Of a stretch of DNA of 64,000 bases, positions 45,168 to 59,500 are shown in pieces. A program made the translations under genes and the position numbers. This DNA comes from an uncultured Lentisphaerales bacterium (GTDB taxonomy: Bacteria; Verrucomicrobiota; Lentisphaeria; JABSQK01; UBA12247): contig CALSSJ010000010.1 in assembly GCA_943788985.1 (NCBI GenBank), forward strand, positions 224,001 to 288,000, read 5' to 3'. Under the pieces are notes generated by a model. That model did no database searches, was not told where the DNA came from, and saw nothing but the letters and a program-made list of their open reading frames with translations. The first letter of the stretch is position 1; every line of letters starts with the position of its first letter.

Positions 45168-47246
45168 CTAGAAGTAATAAATGGCGCAGCCGACTTGGAT
45201 GCCGCTTCCCACGTTAATGATCAGGCCGATATCACCGTTCTGGACCTGATTGGTCTCCTGCGCCCGTCGCAGCGTGTGCGGCAGGGACGAAGTAAACAGG
45301 TCTTTGCCACCGTCAACTACGTCGACAAACTTCTCGCGGACGATCCCAAGGGACTCACTCATGCGGGTGATGAATTCTGAGGAAATCTGCGGCGGAAAAA
45401 TGGCCTTGATCTGTGAGGCCTTCAGGTTCTCCCGCAGCATGACTTCGCAGACGGCATCCTTGATGCACTGCAGGTAGTACGTCTCAATCTCAGGATTGCG
45501 GATGAAACTAAGAAAGGCAAGCCCTTTCTCCTGGCCGATGTGAGAGCGAAAGGCGTCGATGTAATCGGTGAAATAGCGAAAAACAAAGCTGCCAAAGCCA
45601 GTCCGGTTGTCCTCGGATCGGTCAAGAATGAGTGCGGATCCGGTCTCGCGGACGCCGAGCAGTTCCTTGTCGGTCCCAGTGTTGTTCTCCACTTCAGAGG
45701 CGACGACCATGATGTTGTCGCACTTCTTAGCGGCGATCATTGCGATCGCATTGTAGCAGGCGTTCAGAAAGCCAATGGCACCGTTGAACACGTCGTAGGC
45801 GAACGTCTTCGGGCCATCAGGCTCGGCCTCGCCATTTACGCCCACACGGCCCGCGATCAGCGCAGCTAGGGCGGGCTCGCAGACGAATTCATTGCGGTGC
45901 ACGCCGGAGTGAATCAACATGTCGATCTGCTGCCGTTGATAAACGGAGCGATTGAAGCAGTCCTCCGCAGCGGCACCCGCGAGAGCGACTGCGTCGTGCT
46001 CCATGGTTGAGTCAAGCGGCACGATACCAATGCTTTCAATGCGGATGCGGGGCAGTGAAATCGGCGAAATTGAGACTGAAATCGATGGCTCGGCAGTCTT
46101 TGGCAAGATTTCCGCGACTGGGGCGGCGGTCCCGCCAAGTGCTGCTGGCATGCGTGCTTCTGCAGGGCGTTGTGCTTCAATTTCCCGCATCCGAACAGGC
46201 AAGTCATCGAATGTATACGGCGCGGTCCCGATCGTGATGCCAGATGCCTGAATCGCGAAAATCACGGTATCGCCCGGGTTGAACTTGTTCTTGGCGATGT
46301 TATCCCAGAGCGCCACAAAATGCGTGGTTGTGGAGGTGTTTCCTCGCTCTGCGAGGTTATTGATCATGCTCTCTTTGTCGCAGATCTCCTCGCCCATCAG
46401 GCGGTTGATCATATTCGCTGTCTGGCTGATCGCAGTGCGCGCCGTTTGATGCATGATGACGTAATTGATGGCGTCTCGCGGCCACTTCAGTTGCAGCAGG
46501 ACGGAGCCGAAATGGCGCACGGACTCGCGAATGGCCACGGCGTGCAACTTCATGGACTCCGTGAGCATGATCGCCCCACCGTGCTCTTCCTTGGTCGGCT
46601 TGGCGATGCAATACTCGCTGAATTTTCCGAGCGTGTACATATCGATGGCGTGAAAGCCCACTTTTGGGTTGTCGGTTCGCTCCAGCATGACGGCAGCGCC
46701 GGAGTCTCCGAGTGTCAGGCAGGCAATACGCTCATCATCACGATTCAGAATCTCCTTCTGGGCAGTCACTGTCAAGTGGGTGATGTACTCACCGCTGACC
46801 ACCAGTGCCCGCTTGATGAAGCCAGCGCGGATGTAGCTGTCTGCAATGTTGATCCCGGTGAACATACCAGCACAGGCATTGGAGATATCAAACACCAACG
46901 CATTGTCGAGCCCAAAGTCGCGCTTTAGTTGAACGGAGGTGCTGGGCTCGAATGAAAAGTGAAAATTGGGGCCATCATAGCGCGAGATATTGCAGCAAAT
47001 CAGCAACTCGACATCTCCGGGACCGTACTTGGAGCGGTCGAGACATTCCTGAATTGCGCGCCGCGCTAGGTCAATCGAAAATTCGCTCTCACCAGCCATA
47101 CGGCGGGTTTTGATGCCAGTCAAACGCTGCAGTGGCAGCATCATTTTGACACGGCAAGCGCGTAGAATCTCCTTGCTGGAGACTTTCTTCGGCGGCAAAT
47201 ACACACCGAGGCTTTCGATGACTGAGTGGCAGCCAGAATCGGCCAT
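45168..47246 (-). CDS. Tandem FabH/KAS III-like (thiolase-fold) fusion protein
   Basis: Domain 1 has 'ISNACAG', 'MHQT' and 'RGNT' (C-H-N). Domain 2 has 'VFNGAIG', 'PPQI' and 'KDLF' at the same positions. Confidence 0.85.
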   Translation of the reverse strand: MADSGCHSVIESLGVYLPPKKVSSKEILRACRVKMMLPLQRLTGIKTRRMAGESEFSIDLARRAIQECLDRSKYGPGDVELLICCNISRYDGPNFHFSFEPSTSVQLKRDFGLDNALVFDISNACAGMFTGINIADSYIRAGFIKRALVVSGEYITHLTVTAQKEILNRDDERIACLTLGDSGAAVMLERTDNPKVGFHAIDMYTLGKFSEYCIAKPTKEEHGGAIMLTESMKLHAVAIRESVRHFGSVLLQLKWPRDAINYVIMHQTARTAISQTANMINRLMGEEICDKESMINNLAERGNTSTTTHFVALWDNIAKNKFNPGDTVIFAIQASGITIGTAPYTFDDLPVRMREIEAQRPAEARMPAALGGTAAPVAEILPKTAEPSISVSISPISLPRIRIESIGIVPLDSTMEHDAVALAGAAAEDCFNRSVYQRQQIDMLIHSGVHRNEFVCEPALAALIAGRVGVNGEAEPDGPKTFAYDVFNGAIGFLNACYNAIAMIAAKKCDNIMVVASEVENNTGTDKELLGVRETGSALILDRSEDNRTGFGSFVFRYFTDYIDAFRSHIGQEKGLAFLSFIRNPEIETYYLQCIKDAVCEVMLRENLKASQIKAIFPPQISSEFITRMSESLGIVREKFVDVVDGGKDLFTSSLPHTLRRAQETNQVQNGDIGLIINVGSGIQVGCAIYYF

Positions 47247-47329
47247 GCTGGGAGTACCTTAGTATCTAATAGGACAAGCCGGGTAACATACGATGCGCCA
47301 CGGCATATGCAATAGCCGTGGTCAGGCGC

Positions 47330-48088
47330 CTAAGCCATCGCTTCCCGCATGCTGGCCACGCACCTGGTCAGGGACGGAATCGGATTCTCGACATCTGCTT
47401 CGTATTCAATGACGGCAAATCCGTTAAATCCGTTCGCATTTACCGTTTCAACTAACGCTGGCAAATTCAGGGTTCCAGTGCCCACGACTACGTCATTCCA
47501 GCCGCCGTCCGGGTTGAACGTGAAGTCCTTGTAATGAATCCCATAAAGACGGCTCTTGAAGCGCTCCGCCCATTCGACAGGATTGCCGCGCTGTGGCCCG
47601 ATCTGCATACACCAGGCAGTATCGAGACACAAGCCGATGCCTGGGCCGCCAAGCTCGAGCAGGTGTGCAACCACGTCGGGTTGCCCCCCGAACATGTAGC
47701 CCCCATGGCAGTGTATGCCGATGCGAATGCCGTATTCCTCGCACAACTTGGCCGCTGCCGGTACGGCTTGTTGAAAGCTGCCGATATGAAAGTGGGCAGA
47801 AATGAACTTCGCGCCCGCCGCTGCCGCACACTCAAACCGCTTGCGGTCCGCGTCTTGGTCGCCGGAAAACCCTTCTACCCCGATGGAGACGATCTCGACT
47901 CCGGAGTCCCGATAAACCTTGACTGTTTTCTTCCAGCCTTCGACGTCGTTGAAATCCGCGTGAACTGCGCAAACCTCGATCTTGCTTAGGCCAAGTTCCC
48001 GTACCATGCCGGCTACGGCCGCGTTGTCCTTGAAATGACGAAAGCAGTAGCTCTGAATACCAAAATTAGCCGCGTTGGACTGTCCCAT
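47330..48088 (-). CDS. Sugar-phosphate isomerase/epimerase (xylose-isomerase-like TIM barrel)
   Basis: 'GIQSYCFR', 'CLDTAW', 'IHYKD', 'IEYE'; GAGGG RBS. Confidence 0.85.
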   Translation of the reverse strand: MGQSNAANFGIQSYCFRHFKDNAAVAGMVRELGLSKIEVCAVHADFNDVEGWKKTVKVYRDSGVEIVSIGVEGFSGDQDADRKRFECAAAAGAKFISAHFHIGSFQQAVPAAAKLCEEYGIRIGIHCHGGYMFGGQPDVVAHLLELGGPGIGLCLDTAWCMQIGPQRGNPVEWAERFKSRLYGIHYKDFTFNPDGGWNDVVVGTGTLNLPALVETVNANGFNGFAVIEYEADVENPIPSLTRCVASMREAMA

Positions 48089-48200
48089 TCTTTTCCCTCT
48101 TCTGGAACGTGGCGTTGAACTCAACGGGGGAGGGGGAGCGCTTGCGCCCTCATGCTCACGCCACAGTAACGCGAGCAGGAGAGCATAGAAGCCAAGCCCC

Positions 48201-50623
<2,423 letters not shown>

Positions 50624-50631
50624 GTTTCCTG

Positions 50632-51727
50632 AGGTCGGTACTGCCGCTTCGTCGTCGGGAAGAGTGCCAGTGTGATCAGATTTCGCTTGGCGAGACCATG
50701 CTGCGCTTGGATCCGGGCGATGGTCGCTTACGCACATCCCGTTCGTTCGACGTCTGGGAGGCGGCGGCGAGTACAACGTAGCGCGCGGTCTTCGTAAGTG
50801 CTTTTGCCTGAAGACCGCAGTCGTCACTGCCTTTGTGGACAATGAAATCGGGCACCTGCTGGAAGACTGCGTCATGCAGGGTGGCATAACGACTGATTTG
50901 ATCCGCTGGATGGACCATGACGGGATTGGTCGCGAGGTCCGCAACGGACTGAACTTCACCGAGCGCGGATTCGGAATCCGTGGCGCTGTGGGTTGCTCAG
51001 ACCGGGCGAATACCGAAGCTAGCCAACTCAAGCCCGGTCATTTTGACTGGGACCACATCTTTGGTGAGGTCGGCGTGCGCTGGCTTCATACTGGCGGCAT
51101 TTTCGCAGCCTTGCCCGACACCACCCCAGACGTTGTTCTAGAGCCTGTTTCAGCCGCGCATCGTCACGAGACGATCGTAAGCTATGATTTAAACTACAGG
51201 CCAAGCCTGTGGAGGAGCATTGGTGGCCCCGAGCGCGCGCAGGAATCGAATCGCGAGATTGCCCGGCATGTCGATGTGATGATTGGCAACGAGGAAGTAC
51301 CGCTTGCCAGCGGTTTGAAGTCCAGGGTGTTGGCGAGAGCATGAATGCCTTGGATGTGACCAACTTCAAAGCCATGATCGAACAAGCGATCAAGGCCTAC
51401 CCGAACTTTCGCGTGACTGCAACCACACTGCGAAATGTGCATACCGCCAGTGTTAATGGTTGGGGCGCAATTTCTCGGTGCAACGGCCTGTTTTATGAGG
51501 CCAGCCATCGCTCAGAGCTCGCAATCTTTGATCGTGTCGGCGGTGGCGATAGTTTTGCCAGCGGCCTAATTTACGGCCTGATGACCTATGATGATCCTCA
51601 GCTCGCAGTCGAGTTTGGCGCTGGCCATGGCGCCCTAGCCATGACTACGCCGGGCGATACGACCATAGCGACACTCGCCGAAGTGCGCAAATTAGTGGCC
51701 GGTGGAGGCGCTCGCGTAGACCGCTGA
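50632..51727 (+). pseudogene. PfkB-family 2-keto-3-deoxygluconate kinase-like pseudogene
   Basis: 'SLGETMLRLDP', 'GGEYNVA', 'SYDLNYR', 'DRVGGGDSF'; frameshifts at ~50760 and ~51298; AGG at the expected start position. Confidence 0.8.
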
Positions 51728-52293
51728 GAGCTGCGTGCTTATTGGAATATTGTGGCAGGCCCCCTTCCTAGTTGGCCGAAGACAAGAGGTGGCGTGCGCC
51801 AGCTTCTGCCTGTGAGGCATGTGTTCATTCAGTTCAAAACTACGAGATGCAGTGGTCTTACGCTGTTTATTTTCCACAGGGAGAACAGCGATGCCGTAGA
51901 GGGAGGTTTGCTTGTCGAAATCTAGGTGTGTGGCGTTGAGCGCGTTTTTAGAGTTGCCGAATATGTGAAGCACGAAGTATAAGGATAGGACCTAAGCCCT
52001 TCTTTGCTTGTACCCTCCATTCTTGATATCTGATCGCTTTTCCAATTTGGGTGATGATTTGCGGGTTCCTATTTGCTGCGACTCCGTAGCTGCTAAAGGT
52101 GCTGTATACTACAAAGATCAAGCGTACTATTGTATTTTTGGGAATGCCTGTTTAGTAAAGGGCGTTGCCCTCTAAACGATTTGTAAACTCTAGGGTCTGC
52201 ATCTTGCGCAGGGGGGCGGTAGTCTGCATTTTTCTCGCGGACGCATGTGCTCTTGCTGGGGCTTTCGTTTCTATCAAATTCGATGGAATCATT

Positions 52294-53256
52294 GTGAAAT
52301 TTTGGAAGTTGGCTGCGGTTATTGTGCAGGGTGTTTTGCTGTGGCAGGCGCGCTCTCCGGTTGCAGTAGTTGTTCCGAGGGCCCCGGCCCAGGATTTGGA
52401 TCTTGTGGCGACCGTTGACGGGTTGGAGATTCGCCGTGTCGCGCTGACTTCCGAGATGGACCGGCGTTCGGCCCGGGGGAGAGGTCTTGGCCAAGGTGGT
52501 TGTCTTGGAAGAAATGCTGGACCGACTAAGTCTGGTCGCTGAGGCGCGAGGCCAGGGATTACATGAGTCGCCTGCTGTGCGGCGTGGATGTGAGAACGTG
52601 TTGATCGGGGTTCTGCGTGAGCGAACTCTGGACAAGGAGCTCGAGGCGGTCGTTGTCAGTGAGGGCGATTTGGCGGCCGAGTATGCGAAGAGCAAGGAAA
52701 AGTAGTTCGTTCCACCCCAGGTTCGCTTTGCTATCATGTTTCTTGGGATCTCTGACACTGCGACCGATGAGCCCCGTGCGGAAGTGTTTGTGCGTCTGAC
52801 CGAGCGGAGACTGCTGGCTTTTGCGGCTGCTGATGATGAGGTGCAGGGCTTTGGTAAACTGGCTCTTTGTTGCTCGGAAGATAAATTCAAGAGTTGTAAG
52901 ATGGAGACGCCGGATGGATGGACGCGTGCTACGGGTCGCGCTGGGGAGCGTCGGTGCTTGAGGAAGCATTTTTGCTTCGGGAAATCGGTGACGTGAGCCC
53001 GGTGCTGCAGCTTGAGACGGGGGTCTGTGTGATCAAGCTCTTACAGCGTCGTGGTGGAAACACCCGCCCGCTGTCGGAGGTCTCCGCGCAGCTGGCGCAC
53101 CAGCTGCGAATCTCAAAGCGCAGTGAAGTTGAGGCGACGTTTCGGCTGCGCGCTCGCCGAGAATCGACCATTTTAGTCCATGAAAAAGCTTTTGACGGTA
53201 GTGGAGGCGTACTTGAGGGCGGTGGGGCTTTCTCTAGGCCGCCAGGCTTACCCTGA
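52294..53256 (+). pseudogene. PpiC/SurA-type peptidyl-prolyl isomerase pseudogene
   Basis: 'VATVDG', 'FGKLA...SED', 'AF.L..IGDVSPV'; frameshifts at ~52480 and ~52900; in-frame TAG at 52703-52705. Confidence 0.7.
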
Positions 53257-53511
53257 CCTCTTCTCGCGCTTGCGCCTGGTGTCGCGGGTTACGGGGCGCG
53301 GGGTGACTCGCCTCCGATCCGGCCACGGCGTCCGGGCGAGAAAGGTAACTTTCTTTCGTCGCTCGCGATAGAAATCGCGAAGCAACCCCGTACTGAGTAC
53401 GTGTCAACCCGTATACATGCACCCGTCGCACCCGCGCGTGTACGTACACAGGGGCTTGGCCGGAACCTACCCACAACCAAACGCTTCCATAGTCGCACCC
53501 AAGGAGACCCC

Positions 53512-56500
53512 ATGAATCAACGCCCGATTCACAATCCCCGAATTACACCACTGCATCGCATCTTGAGTGCGTTCGTGGCCAGCCTGATGATGACCTTTCC
53601 GTTCTCGGTTTTCGCGAACGAGCTTCCGCAGGGCGGAAGCGTGACTGCCGGTGAGGCAACGATTGGGTCCGCTGGAAGTGCGATGAACATCAACCAGGCG
53701 TCTCAGCGTGCCATTATCGACTGGCAGTCATTCAGCGTCGGCCAGGCCAACGCAGTGTTTATCAATCAGCCATCTGCGACATCAGCATTGCTGTCCAGGG
53801 TGAACGGGGTCGACCCGTCCGTGATTCTGGGTACACTGCAAGCGAATGGCTCGCTGTACCTGTTGAATCCCAACGGTGTGATTTTCGGCGAGAATGCGAC
53901 CATTGATGTGGGCTCGATTCTAGCGTCGACGATGGACATGACCAACGATAACTTTCTTGCGGGGCGCGACGCGTTCGAGGGCAACAGTGATGCGACGATT
54001 GAGAACAGGGCCGATATTGCGGCACAGGACTTCGTGGCCTTTCTGGCCAAGAACATTGTGAACTCTGGCCGCATTCAGGCACCGCGAATCGCGATGTCTG
54101 CCGGGGTTGGCAGCTTGGAATTGGATCATGCATACGGCGGAGCAATCACGATCGACCTGCAGGGCGTGCAGGGCGACTTTGATAACTCTGGCGTGATTGA
54201 TGCCAGCAGCTTGGTCGATAGCTATGACGGTGGAGCGATTGTGATTCAGGGCGAGAATCTCAGCAATACCGGCTCGATTCTAGCGGATGCCAGTGGCAAC
54301 GGATCAAATGGTGGTGCGATCGAGTACAGTGCTGGCGGGAATGCAATTCATGAGGGCGTCATGAGTGCATCTTCAGCCCAGGGCAAGGGTGGTGCTATCT
54401 CCGTGACTGGCGAGAATGTGGGTGTCGCAGGGACTGTCGCAGCTGATGGGCTGGCAGATCCCCAGGGCGGCAACAACGGTGGCTACATTGAGTTTGCTTC
54501 AACCAACAATGCGGTATTCGCACCAACGGCCCGCGTGAGTGCAAAAGGCAACGGAGAGATTCGGATCAATCAGCCTGGCAGTGATGTCGCTGCTTTCGAG
54601 AAAACTGCGACCATTCTGTATGACGGCGCTAGCCTTGATGCTGGGACTGATGGTTTCCTTGAAGTCTCCGGCGGCGGTCTTTCGATCGGGCAAGTTTCCC
54701 TTACCGCCGGTCACATCTTGTTTGATCCGACGAAGATTACTTTTTCGGACCTGGGTGGCGCTATCGGCGATACCAATAACGGCGTGCCCGGAGGGAACGC
54801 ATTCAGCGGACCTGATTTTATCGAAGCATTCAACGAGGATGTCGGCGATGACGTGGTTTTTAACATCAACCCGGCTGGTAGCGGTGTGCTAAGCGCAGGC
54901 ACAATTGTTTCTGGTGCAACCATTACTTTTGAAGCTACAGATACAATCACGGTGGCCTCAGATTTTGACGTGCGCGCAACGACTGGCGCAGAGGATGTTA
55001 GTGTGATTCTGCGAACGGGATCCGACGCTGGAGACGGGATTTTTGTAAATGCACTATTGACGCTGGACGACACTGCCGTACTTGAGTTGAGCGGCTATGA
55101 AGTGGACATCAATGACACAGTTACTGCTGGCGTCGTCAATATCGTAGCTGATACCGATGTCGATTCCACTGGCGGATCGATCGCTGCAAATACTTTGAGT
55201 GTTCTTTCGGGCGAAGATATTGCGCTTAATACCGATATTCGCGACTCTGTTACGCTGATCAGCAATGGCGTTGCTGGAAACAATGATATTGCAATCACGA
55301 ATACTAGCACTTCCCAAGACGCAACAACCTTCGTTGCGCGGGCTTTCGGTGCCAATTCCGATATCGCTATCATCCAGGCGGGTGGCGGCGACGGCGCGAT
55401 TATTGAAAGCGCAGTTACCACGGATGGTACGATTTCGTTGACTGGTACCGCGAATGACCTTGTTGCTCAGCAAGTCACTGCCGGTGGCAGCAATAATATT
55501 TCATTGACTACGACTGGCGGCGGAGACTTGTCCGTTGGTGAAATTGCTGCGCTCGGCGCGACCGTGACAGTTCAAGCTGACGGCGCTGTGTTTACTCCGA
55601 ACAGCGACTTAATTAATGTAGCCGCCGATGCCCTTGTAATTATTGACGCTGATAGCGTTGGCTCGATCGATCAAGCGCTCAACACCAGTGTGATCACACT
55701 CGCGGGGACTGCGATTGACGGCGATCTACACATTGCGGATGCGGGTGTCCTGTTGACGGTTGGGACGGTCACTGACTTTGGTGGGACTGCCCGGGCTGGC
55801 CTGGTCACAACTATTGGCGATATCTATATCAGTGGCGAAAATGTGACGGTGAGTCAGCGGTTGGCCTCGTCATTTGGTGATATTAATTTGGACATCGCCA
55901 ACGACCTGACAGTTGAGGCTGCGATTCAGACGGCTGGTGGCAACCTCTCCGTAGATATCGGGCGCCATGTGACCTTTGAACCTGGCGGTTCGGCTTCTGC
56001 CCGCGAGCTGGTCGTTGACGTGGGCGGCTCAATTTCCGCCGACGGCATCACTGGCACCAATGAACTCATCGGCGCTACATCTGTTGACATTGTCCGGGCC
56101 GACATTCTCGAGGATGTGACGATTAGTTCGCCTGACCTCTGGATTCGGCAGGCCAATACGGTCTCGATTCAGGTGCCGAGCCCAAATATCCGCCAGATTT
56201 TTGCCACCGGCGACATTACGATCGCCGTGAGTAGTGATGAGTTGAGAATTGGAGAAATTCGTACTGGGGCTGAGGTGATTATCAACGCCCAGGGAAATAC
56301 GGATATTGCCGGAATTGGCGACGCCAATACCACCATTCAGGCCCAAAGCTTGCAAATTACTACCGCGGGCCAGATCGACATTCACGCTAACGTGAATGAG
56401 GCAGTCTTCAACGATATTCGGGAGAGTCCAACTAATCTGGGCACCCCGATCCCGGGCGTAATTTTCCGCAATGAAGGAAATCTCGACCTAACTTTCACAG

Positions 56501-59500
56501 ATGTTCAAAGTGAAGCCGGAATTCTCGTAGATAACGTCGGCACACTGACAGTGAATGCGAGCACTGGCACAATCGACGCGCGCGACATTGATCTTCGGGC
56601 GACAGATACGATTACGCTGGCTGGCAACCATACCCTGGCTGCAGGCGAGCAGTTTCTGGTTAGGTCATCAAGCGGAGACGTGATCCTCAACGATGGCGTG
56701 ACGATTACCACAAGTGCTGCCGCTTCGACAACCGATGAGTTGGTTCGCTTGGCTGCTGCTGGCGACGCCGTCCTCGAAGGCACTTTTGCGACGACGAACC
56801 ACAACAGTCGGATTACAGCTGACGGCGGCATTCATCTAGGTGGAAACATTACTGCCACAGCAGCTGAGACCGTCATTCTCGAAGCTGGTGCAGCGATCAC
56901 TGATGATGCGGATATCGCAACCCAAATCACAGCTGGCACGCTGAGTATTCTGGACGCGAACGGGGTTGGCAGCATCGCGAATCCGATTAATACCACGGTC
57001 GACACGCTGTCCATCATTGGGGCAGCGAACGAGGCGGTCGTCAGTGGTGAAACGCACGTGCGCCAGACGCAGGACATCACCGTCGATAACGTCGAGACGG
57101 TGAATGGCTCCTTCTTCCTTACTACCGAGGACAGCGTTGCTGGAACGACTGCCAGCGTACTGGTCGAATCGATTGATGTAGGCAACGCAGCGGTCGGCAT
57201 TACCGCAGACGGTAGCATCGCGACATCTACGGCTCTCGTTAGCGGCCTGATTCGCGGCGCGGACTTGACCCTGACGACCAATGTCCCAGATGCGCTGGAA
57301 GGCAGCATCACTGTGGCGACGGAGATCACGGGATCGACCATCGTGGCCACCACAGGCGCAGTGGGTGGCACTACCGGTGACGTCGATAACATCACCATTT
57401 CCAATTCTAGCACGTCCGATACGACGATCATCGCCGAAGCGTTTGGCGAACGTGCGAACATCACACTTTCGCAGACTAACGGTGGCTTGATTGTCGAACG
57501 TGCGACGACCGCCAACGGTACCATTGGGATCACCGGCATTGATGCGAACATCCTGGCTGATGAAGTAACCGCGGGCGGAGCTACCAGCATTTCGCTGACC
57601 ACACAAAACAGCGGTGACATCGCGCTCGGCGCAGTGAGCGTAGCCGGCGGTGAGGTGGAGCTGACCGCTGTCGGCAGTGTGACGGATGCTGGAGCAGCTA
57701 CGAATGTGACCGCGGAGACTCTGACCATCGCTGGTGCTGTCAATGTGGGTGCCGAGGACGACGTGATCAGCACGGCTGTCGATTCGGTCCGAACTACAAC
57801 AACAATCACGGGCGATCTGCACATTGCTGATGCAGATGCGCTCACAATTTCCGCAGTCAGCGCTGCTGGGAACATTGGTATTAGTGCACAAGGAACCGTT
57901 GGCGTAACCGCGGCCGTAACGAGTACGGCTGGGAACATCGCGATCGCTGGTACCAGCCCGGGCGCGGACGTATTAGTCGAAGGTGTCGTGACATCCAACT
58001 TGGGTAACATCACAGTTATGAGCGCGAACAACCTGACGGTTGATGATGGCGGCCGTCTCGCAACCAACATCGGTAGAATCGAAATCAGCAGTGGTGCGGA
58101 CATGACGCTCACTGGCGCTGGCACCAATGTAGTTGCCACGAACGGGGACATCGACTTTACAGTTGGTGGTGAGTTCCTCACTGAAATTGGTACAGTTGGC
58201 CTGAGCACGACAAGCAGCCGCAGCACCATCACAGGTACGGTCAATGGTTCCATGGATCTGGCTGCTGGCGCAATCGGCGCTGGCGCCGGGACGGTCCGTC
58301 TGGACGTCTTGGGAAACATTACTGGCGACGACATTGCAGGTACGAACGAAATCGACGGTGGTGTGCTGATCATTGACCACGTTGAGCATCTGGACGGGAT
58401 TAAGACCGGCGTTGCGGAACTAACCGTGAAAAACTCTGATCTGATAAACATCCAAGTCGCGTCAATAGCGATCCCGCTTTTGAACGCTACCGACGATATC
58501 ACGATCGTCACCACCGGTAATGAAGTCGAATTGGGCAACGTGACCACCAATGCCACGCTTTCGATCAGCGACAGCGGTGTGCCGGATGCGGATATCGTCA
58601 GCATCGGCGGCGCACAGAACAGCACCGTGCAGGCGCGCACGCTGGAGATCTTTAACGTCGGCCAAGTGGACGTCGAAGCAAACGTCAATGTTGCCACGTT
58701 CTCGAACATTACCGAGAGCCCGACAACACTTGGTGGCGCTGCTATCCCAGGTGTACTTTTCCGCAACGAGGGCAATCTGACTCTGACACTGCGTGACATC
58801 GCCAGCGACAACGGGGTCCTGGTTGAAAACGTCGGTCAGCTGACTCTTAATTCGCTCGGAGGCACCATTGACCTGCCGGATGTGGACTTGCGTGCTACCG
58901 GAGATGTTACAGTGAATGGCGACCACACCCTGCAGGTAGGCGAGACTCTATCGCTGACATCCCATACAGGTGACGTGACGCTGACAGGCGGTACGATTAC
59001 GGTCAGCTCCGCCGCCGTGACAACGAGCAATTTGCTCGACATTAGCGCTGGTGCTAATGCGACTCTTGGCAGTGTCTTGAACTCAACCAACGCAAATGTC
59101 AGCATCACCGCGGGCGATGGGATCGCCTTGAATTCCGACATTACCACGACGGCGGGGACCGAGACTGTGACCCTCTCCGCGGGCGATCGGATCAGCGATG
59201 ATGGCAACAGTGCTACCGATGTCTCTGCGGGTACCCTTAGCATCCTTGCCGCGGATGGTATTGGCACGGCTGCTGCAGCTGTAAACACTGACGTCACCAC
59301 ACTGTCCATCATCGATGGTGCCAGCAATGCCGTTGTTACTGGCGATACTTACGTCCGGCAGGTTCGCGACATCGTGGTGGAGAACGTCGAGACCGTCAAT
59401 GGTAATTTCAACTTGACTACCGAAGACAGCGTTGCGGGTACGACCGCTAGTATCACGGTTAAGTCCTTAGACGTTGGTACTGCAGCCGTGAGCCTTACTG

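Noticed and set aside
51728..52290. AT-richer spacer as oriC or as a 93-aa ORF
   Set aside because: Only one DnaA-box-like 9-mer was seen; the ORF has no recognisable features.
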